Source: Eledone cirrhosa (Eukaryota). From it: 64,000 nucleotides of DNA. Under the pieces are notes generated by a model that was not told the DNA's origin, did not search any database, and saw nothing but the letters and a program-made list of their open reading frames with translations. Positions 1-16,236 of this stretch are shown here, in pieces. Made by a program: the position numbers and the translations under genes. Each line of letters opens with the position of its first letter. Positions within the stretch are counted from its first letter, which is position 1. The stretch lies in assembly GCA_964016885.1 (NCBI GenBank), contig OZ024742.1:61752001-61816000 (forward strand), written 5' to 3'.

Positions 1-879
1 ATACGGAAATACATAAGTATATATGTACTTTCCGGAAAAGGAAAGAAAAAGAAAGAGAAGGTCATCTCAAGTTCTAGTAGACACTATAGACATACCCGTG
101 ATCTTACGTGATCAACTCTGTAATTTCTTGTTTCACAGAAAAAAATTTTCCCTTGTGTTATAAAAGATTTTATTATATATATATATACATAAAAATATAT
201 ATTAATATTCCTGCCCTCACATACATGATTATCGTTCATGTATAGAATATTATGCATATCTGTAACATATCCAGAACTATAGCCACACATACATATATAT
301 ATATATATATATGCGTGCGCACATATATGTACATGGACAGATAAAATAAACAGATAAAATAAAATATACTCTGTAATCATTCCATATTCATATTAATACA
401 TATGGCCTTTGTACAGAGACAACCAGATATTAATATATCAGCACAGAGATATCAAAAACGTTAAAAATATTTTCATCACTCCCTAGAGTATCTCGGGCCA
501 TAAGAAACACAGTATGCCCCCCATATCAACCACAGAAATCTACCCTTCCAATTTATCTGACAATATATTGTCAAGTTCATTAGAAGCAATCAGAATCAAA
601 AAGCAAACAAAAAACCAAAAATTATTCAACAAAACTTATTTAGCAGAAATCATTTAAAAGATTTAGGAGACCCTGTTGTTCTACAGATGCTCTTATATTT
701 AGTATAGAAGTTTATCTAGCGTAAAATTTATTCAATAGATTGGGAGCATCTACATTTTAGGGTAGTTTAATTACATCATTAGTATATATTTATGAAGAAG
801 GTTTAAAAGAAAAAGTTGAAGGAATCGAAAGATTTATCGTCAGGTTTCATACATTGATTAAATATCTTAACTAATTATA

Positions 880-1830
880 CTACATTTTAAATTTATATTT
901 ATATTTAAACGTTGAGTTCAATCTATGTCTGCAGCAACTGAATAAATTGCTCCTTAAATTAAGGGAATTTTTAGATTTTAATATAAAGAATATCTCCTCC
1001 ACACAGAGGTCACATGTCTCAGATGAGGAATTAAAAGGAATCCCTCTTGAGACAATATTCCAAAACATCGAATATCCAACGTTATCATGTTTAAGTTGCC
1101 AGAGTAAGCCTGATAGTGAAGTTGAAGATTTTTTGTTTGGATCTGTGAAAGAATTCTTATGATTATTATAGCGAAGTTTAAATTCTGTCGAGGTGGAACC
1201 AACATAGTTAAAAGAATTTAAGTTAGTTTTAACATTACAATTGTATATTATATTTTTAACTAAGCAATTGTTATTTAACGGACATTTAGATTTATTTCTA
1301 CAGTTACAGTTGTTTAATTGAATATTGTTTAGGCTATTATCGGTATTTTGGCTAGGTTTTAGATTCCTATTATTTATTCTGTTAATATTTTGTGCTAAAT
1401 TTTTGGTGGACGAGTAAGTTAATTTTATAGTATGTCTATTAAAAATTGAGTGATATTTATGTGTTCTAGGGAAGCGTTTGTCAAGAGCATTAAAAAATAG
1501 TTTAGCAATGTGGGTTTTAATATTTAGTGAGAAAGGGGGGGCAAACCATATTATATTTCTAGTTCTATTTCTTTTCTGGCTTTTGGAATTATTGTAATGT
1601 TTTCTATTATAGTTGTTAAAGTTGTTACCGTAATTAAAATTGTTATTATTTTGGTTAGTTTGCCTATTATTATCGATGTACTTAATTTTATCACTACATC
1701 CTGCTCTAGCAAACGCTTCATTGTAATACTGAGCTTTTTCGTCGAAAATATTTTTATTAGATGAAATTCTTGAGACACAAGGGAAAATTTTTTTTATGTG
1801 AAACAAGAAATTATATAATATTCTATACAT
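880..1830 (-). pseudogene. Penelope-like RT-thumb/linker and GIY-YIG endonuclease fragment
   Basis: Motifs WFAPPFS, FNRHTIKLTYSS, CNCRNKSKCPLNNNC, NIIY..YVGST..FKLRYNNH, CDLC..E, CCRH. The first ~19 aa come from the inversion junction, not the element. Confidence 0.88.
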
Positions 1831-2812
1831 GAACGATAATCATGTATGTGAGGGCAGGAATATTAATATATATTTTTATGTATATATATATATAATAAAA
1901 TCTTTTATAACACAAGGGAAAATTTTTTTCTGTGAAACAAGAAATTACAGAGTTGATCACGTAAGATCACGGGTATGTCTATAGTGTCTACTAGAACTTG
2001 AGATGACCTTCTCTTTCTTTTTCTTTCCTTTTCCGGAAAGTACATATATACTTATGTATTTCCGTATTTTTTGAAGTTTTATCTCAGTTTTTGGTACACC
2101 GACCTCAGAATTTTAAACTAAACATATGGTCATTATTTTTCACACATTATATATCTATGTCTCATTCACGAATATTGATATTTACATTATAATACCCAAT
2201 TCATATGAATTGATAATTCAAATTGATAGGACATAACGTAAACATGTAAATCTATCATCCTTCTCTCTAGATATAGCTCTTTCTTCTCCTCCCTCTTTAT
2301 ACATGATGAAATTTAAGTATCGGTTATTTTAACTTTGCCTCTCGAGCTCCTCTCTTGTTTTCTCTCCTACTTCTCTCCTATTTCTCCCACCTCCCCATAT
2401 ATAATTATTATTATTTGGTCTACCTCTTTTTTTCCCCCCACCTCTATCTTTCTCTATCTCTCTGTTTTCTCTTTATTTTTTATTTCTCTCCGTCTCCTTA
2501 ACACTATAACTAAATAATTACAGTACTCCCTCCCTCCTAAATCTCTCAATTTCTATGATGAATTATTATTATTCATCTGTTGCCTCAGCTGCCTCTCTTT
2601 TTTCACCTCCTCACTATTTCTCTCTCCCCTATCTCTCTCTATTTCTCTCTGTTTTTCTTTACATACATTTCTTCTTTTTCTCCGTCTTTCTTTTTAACTG
2701 TGCTTAACACTAAATATTTATAAACATCTCACTACCAAACCAACTTCTTACATGAAAGTTGATCAATATTTATGGTACGTCAAAATTATATATAAAACTG
2801 CTTATATATTGT

Positions 2813-2876
2813 ATTTTATCAGAAGAAGGCATGCCATATTTTTAATATGGTATCCCCGAAATATGTATAATGAAAT
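2813..2876 (+). ncRNA. Type I hammerhead ribozyme remnant (core mutated to CAGAAGA)
   Basis: ATTTTAT-CAGAAGA-stem II-GAAA-TATGTA-TA-ATGAAAT; homologous to the copies with an intact core at 38780 and 39001. Confidence 0.6.
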
Positions 2877-3238
2877 AAATATGGTTTTATAAATATAGTT
2901 TCCATTTGTTTAATATCGTATATCTACTCCAAAACTTGTTGAGTGCTTTATATCAGTTATAAAATATTTACTTGTTGTAACCCAACAATTTTAAATAAAA
3001 CTTTTGCATATATATATATATAAATTTTGACAGCGATACAGAACGCAGCTAACTGAATAGACACGCGTGGTAAGTAATACACACAAATGCACGTATACAT
3101 ACGTACGAAATAGTAAATACATACACACACTCTCGCACATAAATATACATATACAAATACATAAACACATACATACACATACATGCACAAACACGCACAC
3201 GTATACAATTATTCACACACATATGTATATGTAATTAT

Positions 3239-3287
<49 letters not shown>

Positions 3288-3593
3288 AATATAAACATAC
3301 ACATATATGTATACATACACACATACATATACATACATAGCTATACAATTATACACATGCAAATACGTACATATCATAAACACGCACAACCAAATACAAA
3401 CACACACACACACACACATACATACATACATACATACATATATACATATATATATATACATATACACACACACACACATACACATATACATGTGTGTGTG
3501 TGTAAAACTCAGTCTTAGATAATTCATATGAACTTTACATATACATATATATAGTAGTAAAGTAATAAAGTAATAAGCAACATAAGGCAATTA

Positions 3594-3653
3594 TTCCATT
3601 CACTTGTGGTTTCTTAAAAGCAAAAAGTTTTTCCTTCAATCTTCAGAATGAAA
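3594..3653 (-). ncRNA. Hammerhead ribozyme, degenerate (stem III mutated, GUG at the cleavage site)
   Basis: Minus strand: TTTCATT-CTGAAGA-stem II-GAAA-CCACAAG-TG-AATGGAA. Confidence 0.6.
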
Positions 3654-3727
3654 ACAACCTGGTCTATCTACATATACATATATATACACACACAAATATA
3701 TATATATACATATATATACACACATAT

Positions 3728-3776
<49 letters not shown>

Positions 3777-3957
3777 AATATACATACACATACACATAGG
3801 TATGTGAAGGGCAAGGCAAAAAGAATATATGGGAGGGGGGGCATAGGAAAAGGTGAAATATAAGGGGAGGTAAGGGAGAAAAAAATAAACATACAAGAGT
3901 ACAGAACGTAGATTCAGCAAAAAAAACCGTAGCAGAAGTAAAGAGCAGAGAAGGAGT

Positions 3958-4824
3958 TCAAGGCGGTTGATTTATCATAGGAGTGTCAATCCAGTTACAG
4001 ATCAGATGCGATTTCAGATGAGGACAGCATCTGAAGATCTCAGTCTTTGAGTTAAGGCAAGCGGAAGTGGCTCTCAAGTTTAGCAAACTCCTATACTTTT
4101 CTGTGGTACACAAAGAACAATTCTTTGTGCCCCTTTGGTACTCCCTCGAATGGTCTAATATAGACCAATCAATAGAGTACGGGATGTTACTATCCTTGAG
4201 TTCCCACACCTTACTTGCGAGGGCCGTTGATGTTCGTTTATCGGAGTGCTTAAAAGAAGCGACATGTGAGTAAAATCTGGTTTTAAACCTGTCCTGGGTC
4301 ATACCGACATATCGCTCACTCCTGGCTGGCTGGTTGTTGATTACCGGTGTTATCTTAGCCTCATAAACAACAGATTTGGTGTTACATTTACCCTGCAATG
4401 GGCATTCATCCGGCTTCCTGCAACTGCATCCTGGATTTATTCTCGTATGGTTTGAACTGGTGATTTTGGACTTCATAGATAGGCAACAAGAGTAGCTGAT
4501 CTTAACTACGTTCCTATTAAATATCTTATAATATCTATGATTAGGAGGAAAATGTTTGTCTAATAGTTCAAGGAATTTCCTTCCTACATTAGTTTTGACA
4601 GTTAGAGAGAAGGGGGTTGTGAACCAAATAATCTTCCTTTTCCTGTTATTGTGGTTAGTTTTAGGGCGGGGAGGGGGGAGTAGGTAAATAAGAAATGTTT
4701 TCTGTTAAACCGCTGTTCTTAAGGGCTTTATTATAATAAGGGCGGCTTTATTAAAAATGTCTATAGACGAAGATAAGGTAGAAATCCTACGGCTAATGTT
4801 AGGAATAAGATTATTAAAAACTAT
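3958..4824 (-). pseudogene. Penelope-like linker and GIY-YIG endonuclease fragment
   Basis: ORF 3958-4476 (CSCRKPDECPLQGKC, SVVY..YVGMT..FKTRFYSH, CSLC..EK, CCPH) extends upstream through IIWFTTPFS..FNRNVVKISYSC. Confidence 0.88.
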
Positions 4825-4827
4825 TTT

Positions 4828-4887
4828 TTTCATTGTGAAGATTGAAGGAAAAGTTTTTTGCTTTTAAGAAACCACTGGTGAATGGAA
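4828..4887 (+). ncRNA. Hammerhead ribozyme, degenerate, at the start of the inverted arm
   Basis: TTTCATT-GTGAAGA-stem II-GAAA-CCACTGG-TG-AATGGAA. Confidence 0.6.
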
Positions 4888-5052
4888 TAATTGCCTTATG
4901 TTGCTTATTACTTTATTACTTTACTACTATATATATGTATATGTAAGGTTCATATGAATTATCTAAGACTGAGTTTTACACACACACACATGTATATGTG
5001 TATGTGTGTGTGTGTATATATGTATATATATATATATGTATATATGTATGTA

Positions 5053-5160
<108 letters not shown>

Positions 5161-5933
5161 TATTTGGTTGTGCGTGTTTATGATATGTACGTATTTGTAT
5201 GTGTATAATTGTATAGCTATGTATGTATATGTATGTGTGTATGTATACATATATGTGTGTGTGTATATGTATGTGTATATAATTACATATACATATGTGT
5301 GTGAATAATTGTATACGTGTGCGTGTTTGTTCATGTATGTGTATGTATGTGTTTATGTATTTGTATATGTATATTTATGTGCGAGAGTGTGTGTATGTAT
5401 TTACTATTTCGTACGTATGTATACGTGCATTTGTGTGTATTACTTACCACGCGTGTCTGTCCAGTTAGCTACGTTCTGTATCGCTGTCAAAAAAAATTTT
5501 TCTATATATATATATATTTTTTTTTCTTATATTTATTTGCGTGTGTGAATATGTAGAGGAGTGCATTTATGTATGTGTATGTATGTACGTGTGTATATAT
5601 GTATGATTGTGTGCATGTATGTATGTATGTTTATGTATGTGTGTATGGCTATGTTTGTGTATGTGTATGCTTGTACACACATATATATATATATATATGA
5701 ATATGTGTATATATATATATATGTATGTATATGTGTGTATGTATATGTATTTATATTTATGTTTCTATGTGTATGTATGTGTGTATATATGTGTGTGTGG
5801 TTGTATATATGTATTTGTATGTATGGATGTGTTGATATTTATGTGCGTATGTATATATGTGTGCGTGTGTGTATGTATGAGTGTATGTATGTGTATATAT
5901 ATGTGTATGTATATGTATGTATATATATGTATA

Positions 5934-6030
<97 letters not shown>

Positions 6031-6066
6031 GATTATAATACTGTGAGAGCCCTGGTTTTCTGTTGA

Positions 6067-6147
6067 GCTCTGCTGATGAATGAAATCCAACCGTGACCAT
6101 CTCCACTGAAAGTTTTCATGAAATAGTCTTTTAAGACTATACAGAGC
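6067..6147 (+). ncRNA. Type I hammerhead ribozyme with intact core
   Basis: Stem I GCTCTG/CAGAGC; CTGATGA; stem II ATGAAA/TTTCAT; GAAA; stem III TAGTCT/AGACTA; AUA triplet, predicted cleavage after 6141. Lies in a non-coding ~370-bp segment between (TA)n tracts. Confidence 0.85.
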
Positions 6148-6397
6148 ATTTGATGTTATTCCAAATTGAAGGATAAGTGTTTCAAACTTTATTTTATCAT
6201 GAGTTAAAGGTCTATTGATTTTTCCCTGGATTTCACTAAATTCTGTGAATGAATTTATATCCTGATTCTCTTTTGAGATGAGTTTGAATTATTTTTCCTA
6301 AATCTTACGTTAACTACTTTTCCCATCTTGACGTTATAGTCGCATATATGTTATAGAATGCTGTTAGCTTCTTGCTAAAACAATCTCTATACCTATC

Positions 6398-6533
<136 letters not shown>

Positions 6534-6675
6534 ATGCTTTTGTGTTTTTTTGTGTGTGTGTTTGCATGTGTAGTTTTATTTTATTATTCCTTTCCTTCTT
6601 CCTTCTCCAGCCTCACTTTCATATAGATTGCATTTTTTCTTTTAGAATTCAAATTCAATAAACAGACCAGGATTT

Positions 6676-6735
6676 TTTCATTCTGAGGATTGAAAGCAAA
6701 ATCTTTTGCTTTTAAGAAACCACTGGTAAATGGAA
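6676..6735 (+). ncRNA. Type I hammerhead ribozyme with intact core, in a solo 3' fragment of the 3022-6027 Penelope-like family
   Basis: TTTCATT-CTGAGGA-TTGAAAGCAAAA/TTTTGCTTTTAA-GAAA-CCACTGG-TA-AATGGAA; GUA triplet. Confidence 0.85.
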
Positions 6736-6779
6736 TAATTGCCTTATGTTTTTATTACATAACTAATATATATATATAC

Positions 6780-8159
<1,380 letters not shown>

Positions 8160-8246
8160 CATTGTTTATATATATATCTATACTCTACATATGTATATAT
8201 AAATGCATATTCATATATTGTATATAAGTATGTATATATATATATA

Positions 8247-10869
8247 GGATGGTTACACTGGGGTACATGGTGGGCACGGTTACGGCTCAAGAAATAAAGG
8301 AGTGAGACTTCTTGAATTTTGTGATGCAAGTACACTGACTATTTGCAACACTAACTTCCAGATACCTGCCAACCACCTAATAACCTACAAATCAGGCGAG
8401 AACATAAGCCAGATTGACTTCTTACTAGTTAGGCAGCGGGACAGGCAGATCGTGTCAAATACCAAGGCATACCATGGGGAAGAATGTACCCCACAGCATA
8501 GGTTAGTTGTTAGTGATATCTCAGTAAGCAAGAGATGGAATGAGACACACAGGAAGGTGTGGAGAAGAAAGGTCTGGGGGCTAAAAGATCTTTCACTAAA
8601 ATACAAATACAGGAAAGCCCTTCAATATGTGTATGACGAAAAAGAAGACGATTTGGAGTCGTATGACAGATAATAACTGAAATTTCTTACTTGACAACTT
8701 ACTGCAGGCTACTGATGAAACTTGTGGCTGGAGCAGAGCTTCAACCAGACAGAGAGTGACCTGGTGGTGGAACAGCACAGTAGATAAGGCTATTAAAGAC
8801 AAAAGACGAGCATGGAAGGCTTTGAAAAAGGGTGGGAGTAGAGAAGGATATACAGCCGCTAAGAGAAAAGCTAGACGTCAGATGTACTTAGCACGCAGGG
8901 AGGCTGAGAGTAGTAGGTTTGCCAATGTTCTGCGACGGGAAGATCAGAGGTGTACGGTGTTCCACATTGCAAGGCAGTGTGTCAATGCAAATCAGGATGT
9001 TGTTTGAGATAAATGTGTCCGGAATGATGCCGGTGTACTTAGTGTCACGAATGATCAGAAAAAGGAGGCCTGGAAATGTCATTATGAGAGACTGATGAAT
9101 GTGGAGAACGAATGGGAGAGAAAGAAATTACCCTCAGTAGATCTGACAGAGGGACCAGCTATTGAGATTGACGAATATAGGATCCAAGAGGTGATTAAGG
9201 AAATGAAAAATGGTAAGGCTGCTGGACCGTCGGGGATAGTTGCTGAGATGTTGAAGGCATCAGGGGACGTAGGCACTAAACTGGTTTGCACGCATCATCA
9301 ATCAGGCTATATATGGTGGTGTCATACCCAAAGACTGTTGCAGCAGTATTCTCATAAATTGCTACAAAGGTAAAGGGGATGCTCTGGAGAGGAGCAATTA
9401 TAGGGGTATAAAACTGATGGATCAGGTTATGAAAGCTGCAGAAAGGATATTAGCACAACTAATTAGAGAAAGGGTCAAACTAGATGAGACTCAGTTTGGT
9501 TTTGTGCCTGGGAAAAGTACAACAGATGCCCTCTCCTTGGTGAGACAATTACAAGAGAGGTTCTTAGAGAAGAATAAGCCACTATACTTAGCCTTTGTTG
9601 ACATAGAGAAGGCCTTTGATAGGGTACTCCGATCTGTCATCTGGTGGTCCCTAAGGAAACTTTGTGTTGAGGAATGGCTTTTGAGGACAGTGCAAACTTT
9701 CTACAGAGGTGCTGTCAGCAGAGTTAGGGTAGGAATGGAGTTTAGTGAGGAATTCCAGATACAAGTAGGAGTACATCAAGGTTCGGTCCTCAGCCCACTC
9801 TTGTTCATTATAGTCCTCCAAGCCGCAACAGAGGAGTTTAAGACTAGCTGTCCATGGGAACTTCTCTATGCTGACTATCTGGTTCTTATAGCAGAATCTG
9901 TAGAGGGGCTACAGAATAAATTCTGGCTATGGAAACAGCAGTTGGAAGCAAGAGGACTGAGAGCGATCCTAGCTAAGACAAAAGTGTTGATGAGTAGAAA
10001 AGAGGACAAAACTCTGATTCCATCAAGGAAATGGCCATGTTCGATATGCAGAAAAGGAACTGGCATAAATTCTATAAAATTCACACAATGCAGATCCTGG
10101 GTACACAAGATATGTAGTGGGATAGCAGGCAAACTAACAGGTAGGGAGAAATACGTATGAAGTAGATGTACAAGGAAATTAGACAGTAGAAGTCGCATTG
10201 ATAGACACATTCTTCAAATGCAGGCGGGTGCTATAGAAGTGGTGGATAGCTTCCGGTACCTAGGAGATCAGATTAGCATGGGAGGGGGTGTTCCGAGGCC
10301 ATAGTATCTACAATAAGGACGGGTTGGAAGAAGTTTGGGGAGCTGCTTCCTCTGCTGACGAAGAAGGGTTTCTCCCTGCGTACGAAAGGCCGGTTATATG
10401 ATGCCTGTGTGAGGAGTGCGATGCTGCATGGTAGTGAGACATGGGCAGCAACTGCAGAGGGTATGCGATGGCTGGAGAGAAATGAGGCAAGCATGCTCCG
10501 TTGGATGTGCAATGTCAATGTGCGTGAACGATCCAGCATGAATGTGTTGAGAGAGAAACTGTGTCTGAGAGGGATAGAATGTAGTGTGCGAGAGAGGAGA
10601 CTGCGTTGGTATGGACATGTGATGCGCATGGAGGATGACCGATGGGTGAAGAAATGCCAGGAAATGCCAGTTGAAGGAAGACGTGATAGAGGTAGACCAC
10701 GAAAAACATGGGCGGAGGTGGTGAGAACAGACCTCAGATCGCTGAAGCTCACGGTGGAGATGACGAAGGACCGTGACAAGTGGGGAGATGCTGTGCTGAA
10801 TAAGACCCGTCCCACCCTTGCAAGCAGGGAAAAGCGGACGTAAAATGATGATGATGATGATGATGATGA

Positions 10870-10871
<2 letters not shown>
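8247..10871 (+). mobile_element. RTE-clade LINE, 5'-truncated, with stops and frameshifts and an (ATG)n tail
   Basis: APE endonuclease end (SQIDFLL, QHRLVV). RT motifs (GKAAGPSG, QFGFVPGKST, FVDIEKAFDRV, GVHQGSVLSPLLF, YAD). RTE C-terminus (LHGSETW, LRWYGHVMRM, GRPRKTW). Inserted in (TA)n. Confidence 0.92.
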
Positions 10872-10953
<82 letters not shown>

Positions 10954-11140
10954 ATATATATGAATGCATATATATATATATGCTATGTCTCTGTGTGCGC
11001 GCGCATTTGTGCGTATGTGTGTGTGAATTGATTCAATAGTGAATCTGGATTTTCACCTGCTTCTTATTTATTTATTTACATACATATATATAACAATGAA
11101 TTAGAAGCCAATAAGTTAGAATTTACCTCATTTATTTACA

Positions 11141-11209
11141 TAATCGCTATTATACATGTTTCGATTATAACTGTTATGTAACAGTTTCGACCTCATCAGA
11201 CAACTATTA
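11141..11209 (-). ncRNA. Hammerhead ribozyme motif with two alternative folds
   Basis: Minus strand: TAATAGTTGT-CTGATGA-GGTC-GAAA-CTGTTACATAACAG-TT-ATAATC-GAAA-CATGTA-TA-ATAGCGATTA. Confidence 0.7.
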
Positions 11210-11915
11210 CGTGAACAGAAAATTGCCTGAATTAAAATTACATGAATATAATGACATTAGCAAAATTATATTGAATAAAAATTACTCATGTAGTTTCCAT
11301 TCAGTGATATACCATGGGTGAGTTATTGGTGTTGTTTCCTCAAAACCTTAATAGCATGAATTAACTGTTACATAGCAGTTACCATCGAAATACCTGTAAC
11401 AGCGATTACGTAATAAAATGAAGTTAATTATAACCTACTCTCTTCTGCTTCATTGTTACACCAATATTCCGGAGTTCACAAACGCCAATTCTCTCACTAT
11501 CTATACTTCTCTGGAAAAAATCGGCTGAGTTCAGGCCTAAGGAGGAATTGGGTTTTTATGCCTTAGAAACGCCGTATGTCAATATCCCCGAGAGTTACGG
11601 ATTCATAGACATGTATGTATGTGAGTGGAAGAGGGAAAAGCCACACATCCCATTAAATGTATAAGTCTGTTCGTATGGAAAAGATAATTCGTTCTGTATG
11701 TATATCAGAAGGCATGGTCCTCTATCTGTGAAACAGAGTTGGAGTGACTTCTGGTGCATAAATATATGTATATGTGTGTGTGTGTGTTCGTGTGTGTGTG
11801 TGTATTTATGTGTGCGTTTGTGTACATATATTTGTGTGTGAATGTGTGTGTCTTTGGGTGTTTTGTGTGTGTGTGAGAGAGGGAGTGTGTGTGTCACTGT
11901 GCGTGTGTGTGTGTA

Positions 11916-12017
<102 letters not shown>

Positions 12018-13352
12018 AATCTGTGTATATTGGCCTGACTTAGTGCCCCAAGGTGCCCCGCTCTATCGATTATATGTTGATTCATTGATATTCGATCTCT
12101 AATTATCTGAGAATAATCTTTTAATCCCACCGCTCAACATCTCAGCCCCAATAAACCAAACTATGTTAATGATGATATTGCTGGTGGTGGTGGTGTTTAT
12201 GTTGACCATGTTGTTGCTACTGCTGATGATGGTTGTGGTTTTGGTGTTGCTGCTGATTGTGATGTTGGTTGTGGTGGTGTTTTGGGGGTTGTTGTTGTTG
12301 TTTTGTGGTGGAAGGTATTGGTCGTGGTAGTAGTATTGTTGTTGGTGGTGCTTGGGATCTGTTTCTGTTGTTACTATTATTGTGGCTTAGCTACTACTGT
12401 TGCTCGTGGTGGATATTGTCTGATGTTATTTTTCAAAGTCAGCGCTGATATTCATCCCTGCAGTCAATTAAGTCTGCCTTGATTATCATTGACTACATTG
12501 TCCAATAGGTTGTGATATGAGGGAGACACGGCAAAAGGAAGATGTTTGCATGTTTATTCCGATTAGTAACAAAGGCTCAACATCAGTTTCATTAGCTTCA
12601 GTAGTATATTTAATCCATCTCCCTGTCTTAAACTACGACTTGGTCCTTGGATGCATTCACTGTATTATGCCCTTTTGCAAGCATTCGGATCAGGTCACTA
12701 GTTTGCGGATACGTTCCAGCTAACCTACCATCAATCCAAGTGGCCCTAATGAGGACCCATTACCCTGGTCATCCTGCCTCCATACCATCATTGAAGGAAT
12801 CCCTGAAAAATGTCATGTGCACAGCCTTTCCTACTATCAATCCAGGAGGCCTTGTCGAAGGCCATGTGTGTTTTCCTTCCTTCTACACCTAAACAGTGAA
12901 GGGCAAAAATCAGTTGTAATCACAGACGCCCTCCAGAGCCTGTAAAATCAATAATGAAAGCAATTCTAACGTAACTTTCTTTTCGTTTGAAATTGTTGCA
13001 GACAGTCGAAGTTTTCACTCAAGAATGCCTTCTGTTAATTTATTGATCTCCGAAGTGCAGCGTTGATTGAATTGGAGCGTGTGAACGTTATTTATATTTT
13101 TATACATCCCTGATAAATCTGAAAATTTAAAGGGGAAAAATACTAAATAATTTAATGAGTTTAGCCGCGTGTGAACTACTGTCTGACCTATGTGTATGTG
13201 TATATCTGTATCTATAGAGGTACTAATGAATGAGAGAAAGGGTATTTAATACCATGGTAGAGTTTAATAATAATTTATTCTGGCTGGATCAGTCGGCCTC
13301 AACTCTGGAGTTTCCCTGAGCAACCAATTTATCAAACAACCTTCTTCTTCTT

Positions 13353-13383
<31 letters not shown>

Positions 13384-13426
13384 TGATTTTGTGTCTGTTA
13401 TCTCTCTCTCTATATATATATATATA

Positions 13427-13569
<143 letters not shown>

Positions 13570-14011
13570 AGTGTGTGTGTGTATATATATGTATATATAC
13601 ACACACACTCATACACATATTTGTCTGCCTCTCTGTTTTATTCCCGTATAGATTTGCACTATATATCTATATCTATCTCTATATATATATATATATATAT
13701 ATCTATATATATATATATATATAGATGCATACATACAAGCATATGTGTATACGTGTGCATGTGTCATTCAAATGTCATGTTATTTTCCCATCTAAAAGCT
13801 CCAATTAGTAAAATAATTCGAGCTGTTATTTTTTCTCTCGGCGAATAAGTAATTATTTATCGTTCAATGTAACGTGCAGACAAAACTGAATTTGAACTTT
13901 AAAGAAGGCTGTGAGTTCTTTTCTGAACCTGTCGCAAGCACGTGGGCCGCGCTTAGTCATGGTCAAAAGACCATCATCACGGTACAAACCACTGCCCAAT
14001 GTGTTATTTTA

Positions 14012-14073
<62 letters not shown>

Positions 14074-15013
14074 CTGTGCGTGTGTCCGGCTTCTTTTTTT
14101 CAGCAAAATAATTATTTTGATTAAGTATCAAGAGAAATGAACCACAAAATCAAATATGTCATTGCAATTTCATATCATTCTCCCGTCACGAATATTTTTC
14201 CTTTTAATGATAAGTGTTTTGCTACATTGCGCACTCATAAAATAGACGGTGGGGAGTAAAGTAGAGAGCCGATAAAAAAAATATTTTGTTCGAAAATAGG
14301 TATTGGTTCGGATGGTGTCAAGTGTGATATGCTGGGCTTTTTCAAATATGTCTCTACTTATTATTGGTGCATATCAAATAATTCCTTAATTACGTTGATG
14401 GTCAACATTTTGTAGCGAATATAGGTTCTTGTATTTCATGGGCGGGTAGTTCGTGACTAAATCAGCAACCCCACCAAGCCTGCTTGGCGTGGGGTGTGAT
14501 TTTTGGACACCCTGCTGGATGAAAAGCAAAGCCTGTCAAAGGGTGGAAAAACTCAAGAGAATCAACAGTTATCAAATACGAATGTCTAGAAGAATTATTC
14601 TGATTCAAAATTGTGGTTGATGGGAGTCCTTCGTCACGTAGGTGACCGCCTTTCGGGTGTCCAACAGCTTCTTAGTTGTGATGAAAGCAGATGAGCTGCG
14701 GTTGTAGCCAACTTCCTAGCAATGGTCGGACGAAGATATGGGACCTAACGACGTCACTTTTTCCCGATGTGGATCATGGAGATCAAAATTGTCCATGGTC
14801 CTCGAACCTCAATAATGAGGATGGGAAGAGACCACACCAGACCATTAAATTATATAAACCTCGATAGGAAATATATCGGTGCAAGAACGTATCATTTGAA
14901 TGTGGAAAATGTAGTTTTCCCTTCTCATACATGTGTATACTTTGAAACATTATGAAACTTAGGCATGCATACACGTACATCAGGAAAAGCCGCACGGAGT
15001 GTAGTATTTCTGC

Positions 15014-15137
<124 letters not shown>

Positions 15138-15187
15138 GTGCGTGTTTGTGCTCGTGTGTTTGCGTATAAACACACACACACACACCC

Positions 15188-15825
<638 letters not shown>

Positions 15826-15955
15826 ATATATAAAGCAGCGATTCTTTGCTTAAACTTTAATCTGTTATTTTAATAAATATTTGCTCTACGGTTCTTATAT
15901 ATTTGATATATATTTATCCTTATCTTTGGATTTTAGTCTTCAAATTTATTATTAT

Positions 15956-16015
<60 letters not shown>

Positions 16016-16199
16016 ATTTATCGTTGTTGTGTTATATGTATGTCCACTACCTTCGGTCGTTTTTCTTAGAGTCACACCTTTTAACCGTTGTGTTTACTCT
16101 GGACATTAATGTATTAACATCTCAATTCGTTGAGTACTTTCCGGTTGCCTTAAACAACTCGAATAGTGCCTGCCCTATGGCAGCTACAACGATTTATAC

Positions 16200-16231
<32 letters not shown>

Positions 16232-16236
<5 letters not shown>

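Larger units (their letters stand above)
1..3008 (-). mobile_element. Penelope-like retroelement, 5'-truncated, with an inverted copy of its 3' region; continues off the left edge
   Basis: GIY-YIG ORF at 880-1830 (-). 1-253 is the reverse complement of 1815-2067. The inverted arm carries an HHR remnant (2813-2876) and ends in (TA)n at about 3008. Confidence 0.85.

Noticed and set aside
785-850. CTGACGA (minus) and ATGAAGA..GAAA (plus) just 3' of the first GIY-YIG ORF
   Set aside because: No consistent stems I-III could be built on either strand.
12480-12900. Possible old LINE fragment
   Set aside because: The composition suggests decayed coding sequence, but I found no motif I can assign.
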